Source: Tubiluchus corallicola (Eukaryota; Animalia; Priapulida). Taken from it: a DNA stretch of 64,000 nt. Positions 14,464 to 26,711 of this stretch are shown in pieces. The notes beneath the pieces are model-generated. The model saw only the letters and a program-made list of their open reading frames with translations. It searched no databases and was not told where the DNA came from. The stretch's first letter is position 1; every line of letters starts with the position of its first letter. The stretch covers positions 620,001-684,000 of the forward strand of contig JAQGDQ010000029.1 in the NCBI GenBank assembly GCA_030141605.1, written 5' to 3'. The translations under genes and the position numbers were made by a program.

Positions 14464-17217
14464 ATTCTGGGGAATTGTCTGACGAAGTGCAAACAAACGT
14501 CATCAATGAAGAATCTGAAACAGAAGCTGCAAATTCACAAGAAATGGGAACCAATGAGGATTCGAATGGCGATGATGCCAACAGTGGTTATCCCCGTGCC
14601 TTGGAGGCTACATTCAGAGATTCTTCAACACAAGACGTAGAACAGCAAGGTTATGAAGTTGAAACGAATGATGAACTAGAAGAAGACAGCACAATGATGC
14701 CTAAACCAGAAGACGAAACAGAAACAGAGCACATGTCCAAAATTCCAGATACAGAATCTGAACAGAACCTATATGCTGACCCGGAACCTAACCCATCCGG
14801 CGAACCACAGCCTGAAGGAACATCTGAACCAGAACCTAAAATAACAGCTGAACCCGAACCTCAAGCGTCGTCTGAACCAGAACCAAATATGTCATCTGAA
14901 CCTGAACCAAATATGACAGCTGAACCTGAACCAACAGCCCATCCAGAAAGTGCGGCAGAGCCAACAAACATGAGTGCTGAACCGGAACATAAAATGGGCA
15001 GCACGCCAGAGGCAATGGCAGAACCAAAATCAGAAGCTGAACCTTCAGGAGAAAAACTCCAGGCTGAGCCGACAGGACAAAGCGAACCTGAACCAAATTC
15101 TATAGGTAAATCAATACACTTAAGCGGTAAACATGCTGAAAGGAAAATGTTTAATAATAGCAATCAAACAAAAGTGCAGTTAGATAAAGAAAAACATCTA
15201 GAAGCACTTGCTGGCACTCTGCTTAATTCGAATGTAACAAAAACAAGAATTAGTAAGGATCATGATATAGGCGACTCAAATGCTAATAAAAATGCACTAA
15301 ATAGAAAAAAATCTAATAGTGTTCAAACCCCACATTATGTAAGATTCGTAGAAGTAATTGAGCCTAGTAATAAGCCACACTCTGATTATGAAGTAACTAC
15401 AGCACCTCAGGCTGAATCGAACCCTAAGCCAGAACCTGATTTTGATCCTACTGTTCAAGCCGAATACGCACATGGAGAAAGAACTGATAAAAGGCAAAAT
15501 GTTGGAACACAGCCTTTAGCAGTTCAGTTACTTCAAAACGAAACTGTAAGCAGTAACTATAGTGCCAACCATACTTTTATCAGTATTAAATACAAAACAG
15601 CTACATCACAGCCAGTCACATATGTATATAAACCTGAAATTTTGTCAGAACCTCCATCACCAACTGCTGAACCTAACAGTGAAGCAGAAGATGATGCAGC
15701 TTCTGCCTTTGGTTTATTTTTTGGTGACGTTAATTATGATGTACCAGAAACAACTGCGAAGCTTAATCAAGAACCAGAAGCTAAGATAGAAAGAATACCA
15801 AAGACTGAGACTAACAATGAAGCAGACGATAATACAACTTCCGTTTTTGATTCATTTTTTGGTGATGTAAATTACGGTTTAAATGCCAAGTTTGAACCAG
15901 AACCAGAAGCTAAAATAGAAAACAAACCAACTGCTGAACCTGACAGTGAAGCAGAAGATGATACATCTTCTGTCTTTGATTCATTTTTTGGTGACGCCAG
16001 TTATGGTACAACTGATGAACTTGAACCGGAACCAAAAGCTGGAATGGAAAACAAACCAGCTACTGACCCTAACAGTGAAGCAGAAGATGGTGGAGTTTCT
16101 GCCTTTGATTCATTTTTTGGTGACGCCAATTATGGTACAACTGATGAACTTGAACCGGAACCAAAAGCTGAAATGGAAAACAAACCAACTGCTGAACCTA
16201 ACAGTGAAGCAGAAGATGGTGCAGCTTCTGCCTTTGATTCATTTTTTGGTGACGCCAGTTATGGTACAACTGATAAACTTGAACCAGAACCAGAAGCTGA
16301 GATGGAAAACAAACCAACTGCTGAACCTAACAGTGAAGCAGAAGATGGTGCAGTTTCTGCCTTTGATTCATTTTTTGGTGACGCCAGTTATGGTACAACT
16401 GATGAACTTCAACCAGAACCAGAAGCTGAGATGGAAAACAAACCAACTGCTGAGCCTAACAGTGAAGCAGAAGATGGTGGCGTTTCTGCCTTTGATTCAT
16501 TTTTTGGTGACGCCAGTTATGGTACAACTGATGAACTTGAACCGGAACCAAAAGCTGAGATGGAAAACAAACCAACTGCTGAACCTAACAGTGAAGCAGA
16601 AGATGGTGGCGTTTCTGCCTTTGATTCATTTTTTGGTGACGCCAGTTATGGTACAACTGATAAACTTGAACCAGAACCAGAAGCTGAGATGGAAAACAAA
16701 CCAACTGCTGAACCTAACAGTGAAGTAGAAGATGGTGCAGCTTCTGCCTTTGATTCATTTTTTGGTGACGCCAGTTATGGTACAACTGATGAACTTCAAC
16801 CAGAACCAGAAGCTGAGATGGAAAACAAACCAACTGCTGAGCCTAACAGTGAAGCAGAAGATGGTGGCGTTTCTGCCTTTGATTCATTTTTTGGTGACGC
16901 CAGTTATGGTACAACTGATAAACTTGAACCAGAACCAGAAGCTGAGAAGGAAAGCAAACCAACTGCTGAGCCTAACAGTGAAGCAGAAGATGGTGCAGCT
17001 TCTGTTTCTGTCTTTGCTTCGTTTTTTGGTGATGCCAGTTATGGTGCTACTAATGAGCCAGAACCAGAATCAGAATCAGAACCAACGCCCAAGCAAGAGC
17101 CAGACGTATTGTTCTCCTTTTTTGGCGTTTCACCAACGTCTCAACTGGAAGGAGATGCAGAACCAGAGACAGGTGCTGAAGAAAAACGACCGACGTCTGT
17201 AAAAGAAAAAAAAGCAA
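14464..17217 (+). CDS. Reeler-DOMON protein, giant exon 4 (acidic Glu/Pro-rich spacer with tandem repeats)
   Basis: Acceptor after a T-tract (AACAG|), phase 1; 2754 nt open; donor A|GTAAGA at 17218, phase 1. The ORF tail beyond 17217 is T-rich intron. Many N-x-S/T sequons. Possible internal donor G|GTAAAT at 15106. Confidence 0.85.
15660..17130 (+). repeat. Coding tandem repeat, 129 bp / 43 aa, about 11 full copies + 1 degenerate
   Basis: Consensus PTAEPNSEAEDGxxSAFDSFFGDASYGTTDELEPEPEAEMENK; period 129 checked at GACGCC 16251 and 16380. Confidence 0.97.
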
Positions 17218-17635
17218 GTAAGAAACTATGTAGTTTGCACTCACATTTTCTCTTCTTGTCTTTTTTGTGCGTCCTTTCACTTTTTCTATTTTTTTATTTT
17301 TTATTTTATTTCTTTCGTTTTTCCTTTTCTACATCTTTGCTTTTTATCTTTTCTCCGTTCCTTTTTCCTGTTTTCTTCCTTCTTTTTTGTCTTTCTTCCC
17401 TCTTTTATTTATTTTTTTCTCCCTTTTCTCTCACCTTCTACTCCTCCGGCTATTTTCGAAAACACTGGTAAATTCCGGTATATAACAAATATACCGGAAT
17501 TTATCAAGATGTAAAATGACTTTTCTATATAAGACAAAGGGGATTTTGTACAAAGTTTCTCTTCTTCTTTGTTTTACTTTTCTCAGATTTTGTGAAACAT
17601 GACATTCTAAGATGGAATTTTGTGTGATGTTACAG

Positions 17636-17692
17636 GCAACACAGACTTACCTGATAAGACAGTTCCAACTAATCCGGCAACACTGCAAAATG
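17636..17692 (+). CDS. Candidate 57-nt cassette exon (phase 1-1)
   Basis: TTACAG| ... G|GTACCT; encodes NTDLPDKTVPTNPATLQN, a Thr/Pro linker-like peptide; frame-preserving. Confidence 0.45.
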
Positions 17693-19997
17693 GTACCTCC
17701 AAGAAGTTGTTGTGCGTTTATGTGCTATTCGTCTGCATGAACGGATGTCAAGTTACTTGTCTACCCGTCGAGTTATTTGTCTACCCAAGGCATGATAGCA
17801 ACATAATGCGCAGTATACGCCATGCTTATATTTGTAGCATTTAGCTTATGCCACACATACATGAATAAGCAGTTATGGCTGGAAGTTTATCGTACGTAGG
17901 GAGGTTTTACAGGAAAAGAGCCCTTATTACCATTGACGAATAATTGCAGCAAACCCATACGTAGATTTTTGTATTGTTCCTTTACAATTGTTTACGATTT
18001 TAATTACTGCGCCCATTGTTTTCTACACAAACAAGCCAAGCAGTAAAGAATTTAACAAGACCGATATTACATACATTTTGAAAAAGAAGGAACGGGTTCA
18101 TTTTAGTCGTTTATATGTATATATATATTTCTCGATCTTTGTTCAGTTTCCTCCTAAGTATTTAAAGCATGTTGTTATGCAAATTTATGCTATGATATAA
18201 ACTTACATCAGCTTTTTTATTTATAGCCTATTCTTTAGTGATATAGTTTACATATTTACAGTTATCTCAATTACTATTGCTATGAACAAATTTTTAGTGT
18301 ATGTCTCTGTTAGTTGGTTTTATAAACGCTTTGAGTAAACCCGATACAGAGCAAAATTATTGCAAAGCACAAAACCAGATAAACTATACATCACAAATAA
18401 ATGCTCCCGGCAGTACACAATAATAATTACACACAGTAAGATTAAATTGCGGAAGTTGCTTTTGTTCAAAAACTTCTGATAATGACTTTATCATTTTTAG
18501 CTATCGAACAAGCTTGTGAACTAACTTTTCTGTTTTTGAATTAAAGAAAGATTTTAATTTTTAATGTGGAATACTTTTAATGGTTCCGTAGTCAACAGAT
18601 TAAATTCGCAATTTTGTAATGGCCAGTATGTTAAAAATTTATTTGGGATTCAGCGACTCTGTGACATTAAATTGAATAAATTTCAGTGACTGCTTGAATT
18701 TTTAGGTTTACATACAGTACGAAAAAGCTAACGTGTGTTCTGCTGATCTTACAGTCAGTCTCATCCGTGATACAAATACTTTTTCACAACAAATTTAAAA
18801 AGTAAAAATAAATTATTTGGACTAACTGAAATAGGAATGGCAAGCAGTACAATACGCCCACGTTGTCCATAATTTTCTTATTACTAGGAATAGTTTGTAT
18901 AAATTTTATGTTTAATTTTAGGAACTCTAATGTAATTCATGCTTTTTGTGTCATAGATATTGCAGATTGTGCATTAGGCAGACCACTTACTAACTGTGAA
19001 TCTATATTTGAGAGCCAAAAAACCCATCCAGCCAGCCAGTTAAATATAAATCATACAACGGAATGTGGCACGCACATTAAATAAAAATATCTCTGAAAAA
19101 GCCTTAACATTTATAAGAGTGACAGCACCGCACTTATGATCCGTTAATTAAATAATATTCTACATAAAAAACCGTTCTTCTTTGCTTTCTGGTTTGAAGA
19201 TAGAAAACATGTTCATAAATTTGTTTTGTAGCTAACGAATTTCTCAAAGTAATTTTAATTTCTTAATTAGCACAATTTTCCTGCTTTAATCTTATTTATT
19301 TATCGATATTAAATACATACTGCTGATGACGTGTACTGGAGAAGCACACATCTTGCCTAAAAAGCTTATTTCACGCAAAAATGCCAACATTTATTAGTTT
19401 ATAACGAAAATTCTGAAAACTCTAGGCAGAGATGGCATTAAAATTGATCTCTTTCTGTTTTTTTAATCTTGTAGTAACTGCAGTGACTTGTTCTTATGAA
19501 AAGTGTATGCTTAGATGTGAAAACTAACTCAGATTCTACAATGTAAGCCGGTAACTTTAGAGCATTCCTAACTAGGATATAAATGTTCACTGATCATCGT
19601 GCTTATGTAGGCCTAAGACATTGATGTTTGAACAGTCAGTAGTCGTTCTAAACATGTTTGACAAACATATAGGTCTCGTACTCTCACAAGCCCATATGTT
19701 TACCAAACATGTGAAACAAAAATGTTTTTTGCGTGTAAATAGCATACGTTTTAGCATTTAATGTGTTTGTTAAACTTATTAGCTTGGATTAAGACATGTT
19801 CATTAAATTACATCTGATAATCAGATTTGTTAATTTGTTAACAGAAACTAATATGCTGGATTCATTTTCCCAAACGTATTAAATTCTGAATTAAATAAAC
19901 TGAAAGTTATAGTTATTTAGCATTACATCTGCTATAAAAATAATAATGGCTATCAGTAGCTGCCAAAACTGTTAATTAAGTTTTGTTTTTATTTTAG

Positions 19998-20126
19998 CTA
20001 CAACAAAAATGCCTACCACAACTACTACAAAACGACCAAAATCTACAAGGAGGGCGCCTAGGACCACCAAAGCACCACGTGTAGAGACGAAAAAGCCAAA
20101 TCAAAAAGGAAACGTTTTACCTAAAA
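19998..20126 (+). CDS. Reeler-DOMON protein, Thr/Lys/Arg-rich linker exon
   Basis: Strong acceptor TTTTTATTTTAG|, donor A|GTAAGT, phase 1-1; mucin-like stalk TTKMPTTTTTKRPKSTRRAPRTTKAP. Confidence 0.88.
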
Positions 20127-20310
20127 GTAAGTATAACTGGCAAAACTTCAACTACATTGTTCTGCTCTGTTGTTTTAAAATAGCGCCATGCAATGCAAAC
20201 GTTGTCTGGTAATAAAAAAGGTCGTTGTTTGTTTCCTTGATGTATATTGTACATACATCTTTTTGAATCTATAACTTCTTCGATTAGGTTATATAAAATA
20301 TATTTTCATA

Positions 20311-20457
20311 GTACCAAACTTTCCTGGTACCAAACTTTCTCTACACCAAATTTTCCTAGTACCAAATTTTCCCGGTACCGAAATTTCCGCGTACCAAAAT
20401 TACCAATACCAAACTTACCTGTTCAAAACTTTCTAGTACCAAATTTACCGCACACCC
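20311..20457 (+). repeat. Degenerate 15-16-bp minisatellite (GTACCAAAYTTTCC-like), copy 1
   Basis: About 9-10 tandem units; the same unit recurs at 32142-32370. Confidence 0.8.
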
Positions 20458-21162
20458 ATCTTTTTCTATGATGCTATGATCATCTATTAAAGTCATTTTC
20501 ATGTAAACCTATTAGAAGAAATTATAGGAAAAGTTGCATGGAAAAATTTCCATGGTCTTTTTTCTTCTTTGCAGCTGCTGCCACCAAGCAGAAAGAATTG
20601 AAAGGTAGGTTACGTCAATGTTGAACACTTTGAGAATTAACAATTTGTATATTAAATACAATTCGGAACGCGTGGAGTTGCCTTTTTGATTGAAAAATTT
20701 GAACATTACTTTATAATTAACATGGTGAATGCATTGAAATAAACATTATGAAATTTAGACAAATTTTAAAATTAGTTCAAGATCAAATTATGGAATGAAT
20801 GATTTCGATGACCTGAAGTGCAGTTCCAAAGTATCCAAGCATGGCAAATTCTGTTGCATCACATTAAATTACACTTGCAGACGTATTGCCGAATCTTCTG
20901 CTCATGACTTTGTCATAAACGGTTTTCTAAATCCTATTATGCATCTTATTCAATATGTGTTATTTTATATATGCGGAAAAAACTGAATTGAAATAATTTA
21001 GCTGAACTAAGTTACGGTGAACCTAGCTTAATTAAACTAATTTAATATGTCTGTAGTATATAAAGATGTGCTAAATTTTCTGGCTTTTCGTGTACATTTT
21101 ATGCTTAACAATACATAGTTCTTGTTTGGCCTTTGTCAAACAACCTGTATTTATTTCTTCAG

Positions 21163-21353
21163 CTCCCTTATCTTTTGAGGGGTGCAGCGTTGACAGGGGG
21201 TGTTTAAGAAAAGGGAAGGCAAATTGCACTCCCCAGACATGTCAGATGGTAGCCATGTACAAGCTAATAAAATCCACAAGTACTGTTGTTATAGAGTTAT
21301 CAGCCGCTGCTAAAGCGTGGGTTGGCATAGGATTCTCTGAAGACAAATTAATG
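21163..21353 (+). CDS. Reeler-DOMON protein, DOMON exon A
   Basis: Acceptor TTTCTTCAG|; GC...RGC......C....C pre-DOMON Cys cluster, then IELS....WVGIGFSEDKLM; donor ATG|GTAAGC, phase 0. Confidence 0.95.
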
Positions 21354-22299
21354 GTAAGCAGTATTAAGTAAAATGATATTTATGTACATGTAGGGACCAA
21401 CTGTCTGTTAAGAGCTATTGCGTTCAACTTGGAAGACTTGCTAGGAAATTAACAATGAACTGGAAAACTCACATTCAACTGAGTTTATTCCACCGACAAA
21501 CGTATTAATTTCTTTTATACATGTACGAAGATATTTTTCTTTGCAACATTCAGAACAGGGCTAACGGAATTCTACAAAGACTATTAGATGGCGAGTGGCT
21601 ACTCAGTCTTCGACAGGGCGTGCCTGTAGTGCAAACTACTAACAAGAATGAATACGCATAATAACGTGAAAATAAAACAAACCAGCTCTAAAAGTGGAAA
21701 ATATCCGTACAAATCATTGCTGCTTAAATGTTTCAATTCTACCTTCCCGCTAGCTTATTTAAGACTTACTCACATATTCAAAACTTTTTTTAAGTTTTCC
21801 CAAACTATTTTTCAAATATGGCCTTGTTATTAGTGCCGTTGCTAAGGTAAACAGTATTCATGGCAACCAGTTTATGCCACTAACATTCTACATTATTGCA
21901 ATGACACGATCGCTTTGCAATGACACGGTTGCTAAGACTTACCAATATGGGGCATTTACTTTAACCAAAATAAGTACCACAATGACCATAATTGTCCAAC
22001 AAATATGAATCAACGTAGTATGTTAATTATAACTATATATATGTATATATCAGAGTATCTATACAGGTTATCTATATTGCGGTATTGTGAGTAAGTTGTG
22101 TGATGTTGGAGTATAGTGAAATTACGTTTAAGCAAGCACAACTTTTTGGGCACACTTTTCACTAACATTCCTTTTATAGGGGATGGTCTCACAAATGGGT
22201 CTGTACAACCTATGAGACCCACCTGAAAATTAATACTACCACTCTGGCAGTAAGCACTAAAGTCCGCTCTACCATCTGATATAATTAAAAAGACTGAGC

Positions 22300-22513
22300 G
22301 AACGATACCCTTTTTCCTGGCTAATTTGTGTCGCCGCCTATCAAAAATTACCGCTAAACTAAAAGGTGCAAATGTACCTTGTAAGCAAAAGAAATACGTG
22401 TATATGAACGATACCCTTTTTCCTGGCTAATTTGTGTCGCCGCCTATCAAAAATTACCGCTAAACTAAAAGGTGCAAATGTACCTTGTAAGCAAAGGAAA
22501 TACGTGTATATGA
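22300..22513. repeat. 106-bp direct tandem duplication (2 copies)
   Basis: GAACGATACCC... starts at 22300 and again at 22406; one substitution seen. Confidence 0.95.
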
Positions 22514-22606
22514 TAATTTATATCATATACTAATGTAGATAACATGGCAACGTTACAATGTCACAGTTACACTTTTATACAATGTGAAATTGATACAATA
22601 TTACAG

Positions 22607-22871
22607 GGCAAAGATGATGTCTATGCATGCGTTAAGCGAGGTAATAAGGTTATGGTTGAACATTACTTTAACCCTGCCAAGCATTCTCCGTCCGTCTATC
22701 AAAATATAAACCCGGTATTCGATGTGGAGACGTTACTGGAAAACGGTCGAATTACTTGTCGGTTCTCCAGGAAAGTTTCTGAAATTATCCCAGGATCAAA
22801 GATGTTTGACTTATCAAAACCATACTATTATCTCTACGCCTGGGGTGATAAGGAAGATACAGGCGCAAACA
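22607..22871 (+). CDS. Reeler-DOMON protein, DOMON exon B
   Basis: TTACAG|GKDDVYAC...NGRITCRFSR...FDLSKPYYYLYAWG (SDR2/FRRS1-type DOMON); donor A|GTAAGT, phase 1. Confidence 0.96.
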
Positions 22872-24280
22872 GTAAGTACACGACAAACTTAACGATTTTA
22901 AATTGTATGTAGGTAGCAAGCGCCACCTAGTGGCGGCTGTAAATGTTTTTAGGCCTTAGTATTTAATGTCTTCTAGAGTTTTTCTTTGTATAAATTAATG
23001 CTCAATACTACACTAAGTTTTTAATAATGTATTAAAATACGTTGTACATTTTGTGCTGTAGTAATTTGTACTCATTAGATTGTGTAGTATAACGCACTTG
23101 TAGCATGGCTGCTTGTTTCTGTGTAAGCTGTTAAAATACTATTGCGCAAAGTTCTTTTTCACATAGGTTATCACTTAAAACACAAGAAAACACTCTTCAC
23201 AAATAAAGCTTAAAATTTAACTGAATAAAAGTTGGAAATTTAAACACCCGCGACCATCGTTTGGTGCTGCTATTTTGACGGTAGGCTCTTTGAAACAAAT
23301 TTAGATAACATTGCGCAAAGTTTGAAAACAGAATAAAAATATTCATACGGCATTCACTAACTAAGCCAAAGTATTAATTGCTTTATCTTGTCAATAAGAT
23401 TTAAAATTCGTTTTTGGTGAGTTGGGAAGGTGAATCAGTGACATTTCACGAACACTTTAAATTACTAAGAATTTTATTTTCTAGTTTGAAAAGTCTTTCA
23501 AACTTATAAATGTAATGCTAAGTAATATAACTCTTCACGGAAAGCTTTTTAGGATACAGTTTAAAATTGTCTTTTCTTCCCCTTTCACTTACGCCTAAAA
23601 AATTCTTCACTCTAAAGCTTTATTTCTCAAATTAATGTAGCAAAACGTATACAACAGGTGACATAGTTATTGATGTTTGTTGATGAAATGCTGTTTGCTT
23701 GAATGATTGTAAATTTGATAACTTTCAGAGTGCGATTATTGTGGAAACCCAGGTGAGAAAATACACGCATGAATCTTTGATTGTGAAATAATTACTGTTC
23801 ACCTCAGTGGCCTGATGCATGGTTGTTTAGCTATGATAAGCTTTAATGCAACATACAACAACTTAATATAAAAGGATAGTAAAAACAAATTATAAATTTT
23901 TATCTGACGTTCACGAACCCGAAAACCCATCCATCAACTTCTTAGGGGTATCTGGACTCCAGGTTAAGGAGCATTGACATTGTAGTCTAGAAATAAATAA
24001 TTTCCGACAGCGATTTTATAGCAGGAAATTTCACTCTTAGAATAAACACAAGTTATAGGCAAACCTAAAAGCTACAGAAAACACAAACATACTTCTGCAT
24101 GAAAACAGCATACTATACATGAGCCGTGATTCTGCTATATGGTTAGGGGCCATCCCCAAACAAATCTAGCTGAAGCGCGATTATTATAACAAATTAAAAA
24201 CAAAACTTAATTCTGTAAGCCAATAACCTATACCTTAAACACACTTAATCAATAATAACTAGAACTGAATTAGTTATAGA

Positions 24281-24602
24281 CAGGGCCTATTTCAGCCTAA
24301 GCGGGGCCCGGGGAAGTGGGGCGTGTGAGGCCCCCTCTGGGGGAGGGGGGTTGGCGCCCAGAAAATTTTTGAACTGCTAGAACGCCGGAGAAGCATTTTC
24401 GAAGAGAAAATATGGAGTTATACAGTTGTTAAAGGAAAGAACAATTGAAAGAAAAACTGCTTTATTGTCAAGACCAGTCCTTAATACTTGTCAAATAGTC
24501 AAATGAAAAACAACAAAAAAAATGTTACCTCGGCGGGAGGCCCCCCTGGAGGGTGAGGCCCCGGGGAAGTATCCCCACTTCCCCCCTCTGAAATAGGTCC
24601 TG
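24281..24602. mobile_element. Non-autonomous hAT-type MITE (322 bp)
   Basis: TIRs CAGGGCCTATTTCAG / CTGAAATAGGTCCTG (14/15); 8-bp TSD GTTATAGA (24273-24280) / GTTATAGG (24603-24610); GC-rich subterminal GAGGCCCC repeats. Confidence 0.88.
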
Positions 24603-25510
24603 GTTATAGGTGTGTTTATGGTAAGTGATTCATGGTATTTATGGTTAAATGCTTATAGATACAGAATTAAGTTTTACTTTTTAATTTATCATGATCATTT
24701 TACTTCAGCTAAATTTATTCTTGAATGGTTAGCTTATGTATAGTATGCTGTTTTACTGCCGAAAAAAAACATACATATATACTCCCTGCGCCTTTAGTTA
24801 CTGTGTTCATTCTAACCTGGAAATAAAATTTAAGAACTGCTTCTTTTTTCTTTTTAAATTCGAACAGTGCCAACCTGCATTTTGTAATTAATTCTGTGAA
24901 AAAAAAACAATCATTTAGATGTGTGTTCAATGTCATAAGCGTTGCGTTGTGCAGTTGTTAATTATCTTTTACTTTTTTGCGATTAAATTACAAAAGGGAG
25001 GGTCGCATAATCGGACGTGGAAGTGAGAGAAAACCCAGTGTGACGAACAAAGAAAGGATAGAATTAATAGATATTTCGGTAAATAGATAGGTAAGTAGAC
25101 CGATAGGTAGATAGGTAAGAGAGTGGTACTATAGACTGACAGTGACCTGATCAGCAGATGAACAGATCCAATGGTGGGGCATCAGATGACAAAGAGACAG
25201 AATAAACGAGAGACAAGGAAATAGTTTCAACGACATAGAGAAGGAAAGTGAGAAAAGGGAGGAGGAGGAAGAGGGAAAATTACAAAAGGAGGATGGAAGA
25301 AGAACGAAAACAGTCTTCGTAAGGAAGTTAACAGCAGACAGAATCACGTTATGTACAATGTTTACTTAGATATAAAAGGCGTGTGAGGGCAGTGAATTAA
25401 AGTTTGATAGACAAACTAAAGCGGTTTGATAGAGGAATTGAAAAGGTTTACAATACAATTGGCTTATTTCAAATTGCGAAAATGTGAAAGTTATGACGTA
25501 TATTTTGCAG

Positions 25511-25680
25511 GTAAGAAGATACAGATGCATTCAATTGAGCATCCAATTGTTTCGACGAAGAAAATGAAGTTGACAGACAAGGAAAACGAATTTTTACACG
25601 ACAGTGCAGAAAAGCCACGGATGAGTATATTGATGGGACTAATGTTTTCTGCTGTCTTGATATACTTTCCGTTCTATTAA
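25511..25680 (+). CDS. Reeler-DOMON protein, last exon (DOMON end + GPI-like/hydrophobic tail)
   Basis: Acceptor TTTTGCAG|, phase 1 (A+GT = Ser). IQMH...PIVS matches the DOMON end with its conserved His; ends DSAEKPRMSILMGLMFSAVLIYFPFY-stop. Core exons sum to 4116 nt, divisible by 3. Confidence 0.9.
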
Positions 25681-26645
25681 GCAAGTTAAGTGGAAAAGTG
25701 TAGTGAAGAAAGTTGAAAATCCAAAACAGTCATTTCTTAGGATTGTTAATGTACATATCAGAATTGTCTCGTTTCTAAGATGAAAGAATTTGAAAGTTTG
25801 TCAGTTTCTCTTTTGTTTTTGTTTGTTTTTCAAAGCTCATCAAATTAAGTTTTGAATATGTAAGATATATATATCTAAAATGATTTACGCAGTCTGTCTA
25901 GTGTAGATTTACTAAGAAATGGTGATCGATACAACAATCATTTAGATGCAGTATTGGCTGCTTTTGTTTAGATGTTCACATGGATTTTTTACATTATTAC
26001 AGACCACTCAAGTGATGTGGCTACTATTTTCTTTTGACGTCTTTCTTTGTTTTGGTAGATGCAGCTGCTAAATATGCGCCAGAATTCACAAAATTGTCAA
26101 CGCTACCATCCTCTAAATTTTGTGATCAAAGATTGCATAAATTTCTCAATTGTTAGAATTAGAATTAAAATTCGTTTGTTTTGCATCTGTTAGAAAAAAA
26201 ACATTAGTACAATGTCAAAAACAATTGAAACAAAATACAATAATAATTACTATGTTAAGGTGAAGGGGTAACGAATGAACGTAAGTTATCGAGTTAGTCA
26301 CCCCTGAATACACTTTCCTTTCTACCCTTAAGTGGTTTTAGATCCACTCGAAAAGTTCTAATGCGGACTCATATAATCGAGTTATGAACTTGATGCTTAA
26401 AGCAATATTTTCGTAATACTATAATTTTCATTGTATGTTATGATTGCATTGTTAATTGAAGCTATTGTGCTATTTATTTTATAAAGATCATTAATTAAAC
26501 ACTAATTAAATGGAGCAAAATAATTATTATAATCTTTTGTAGAAGAAAACAGACATTTTTATGAACTACTGTAGGATCATCTAAATAGTTATTATGGCAA
26601 ACAGTATAGTTATCGACAGCGAAATATATGATAAAACCTTCATAT

Positions 26646-26711
26646 AATAAATGAACGCAACCAAAATGTTGTTTTTAATCGGTAACACTGTTAAGCTATG
26701 TATGTAATAAA
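26646..26711 (+). terminator. Candidate polyadenylation signals
   Basis: AATAAA at 26646 and 26706, about 1 kb after the stop codon; the AT-rich background makes this weak. Confidence 0.3.

Noticed and set aside
15660-17130. Canonical neuropeptide precursor or CRISPR-like array
   Set aside because: FFG is not followed by Lys/Arg; the units are near-identical coding repeats with no unique spacers, and there are no cas genes.
15946-17202. Long alternative-frame ORFs (260 aa and 156 aa) over the repeat
   Set aside because: Shadow of the 129-bp coding repeat; broken by a stop at 16726-16728 while the main frame stays open.
17218-17471. Phe/Leu-rich apparent transmembrane tail of the 1005-aa ORF
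   Set aside because: T-rich low-complexity intron sequence after a good phase-1 donor; read-through as a membrane-anchored isoform is not excluded but is unsupported.
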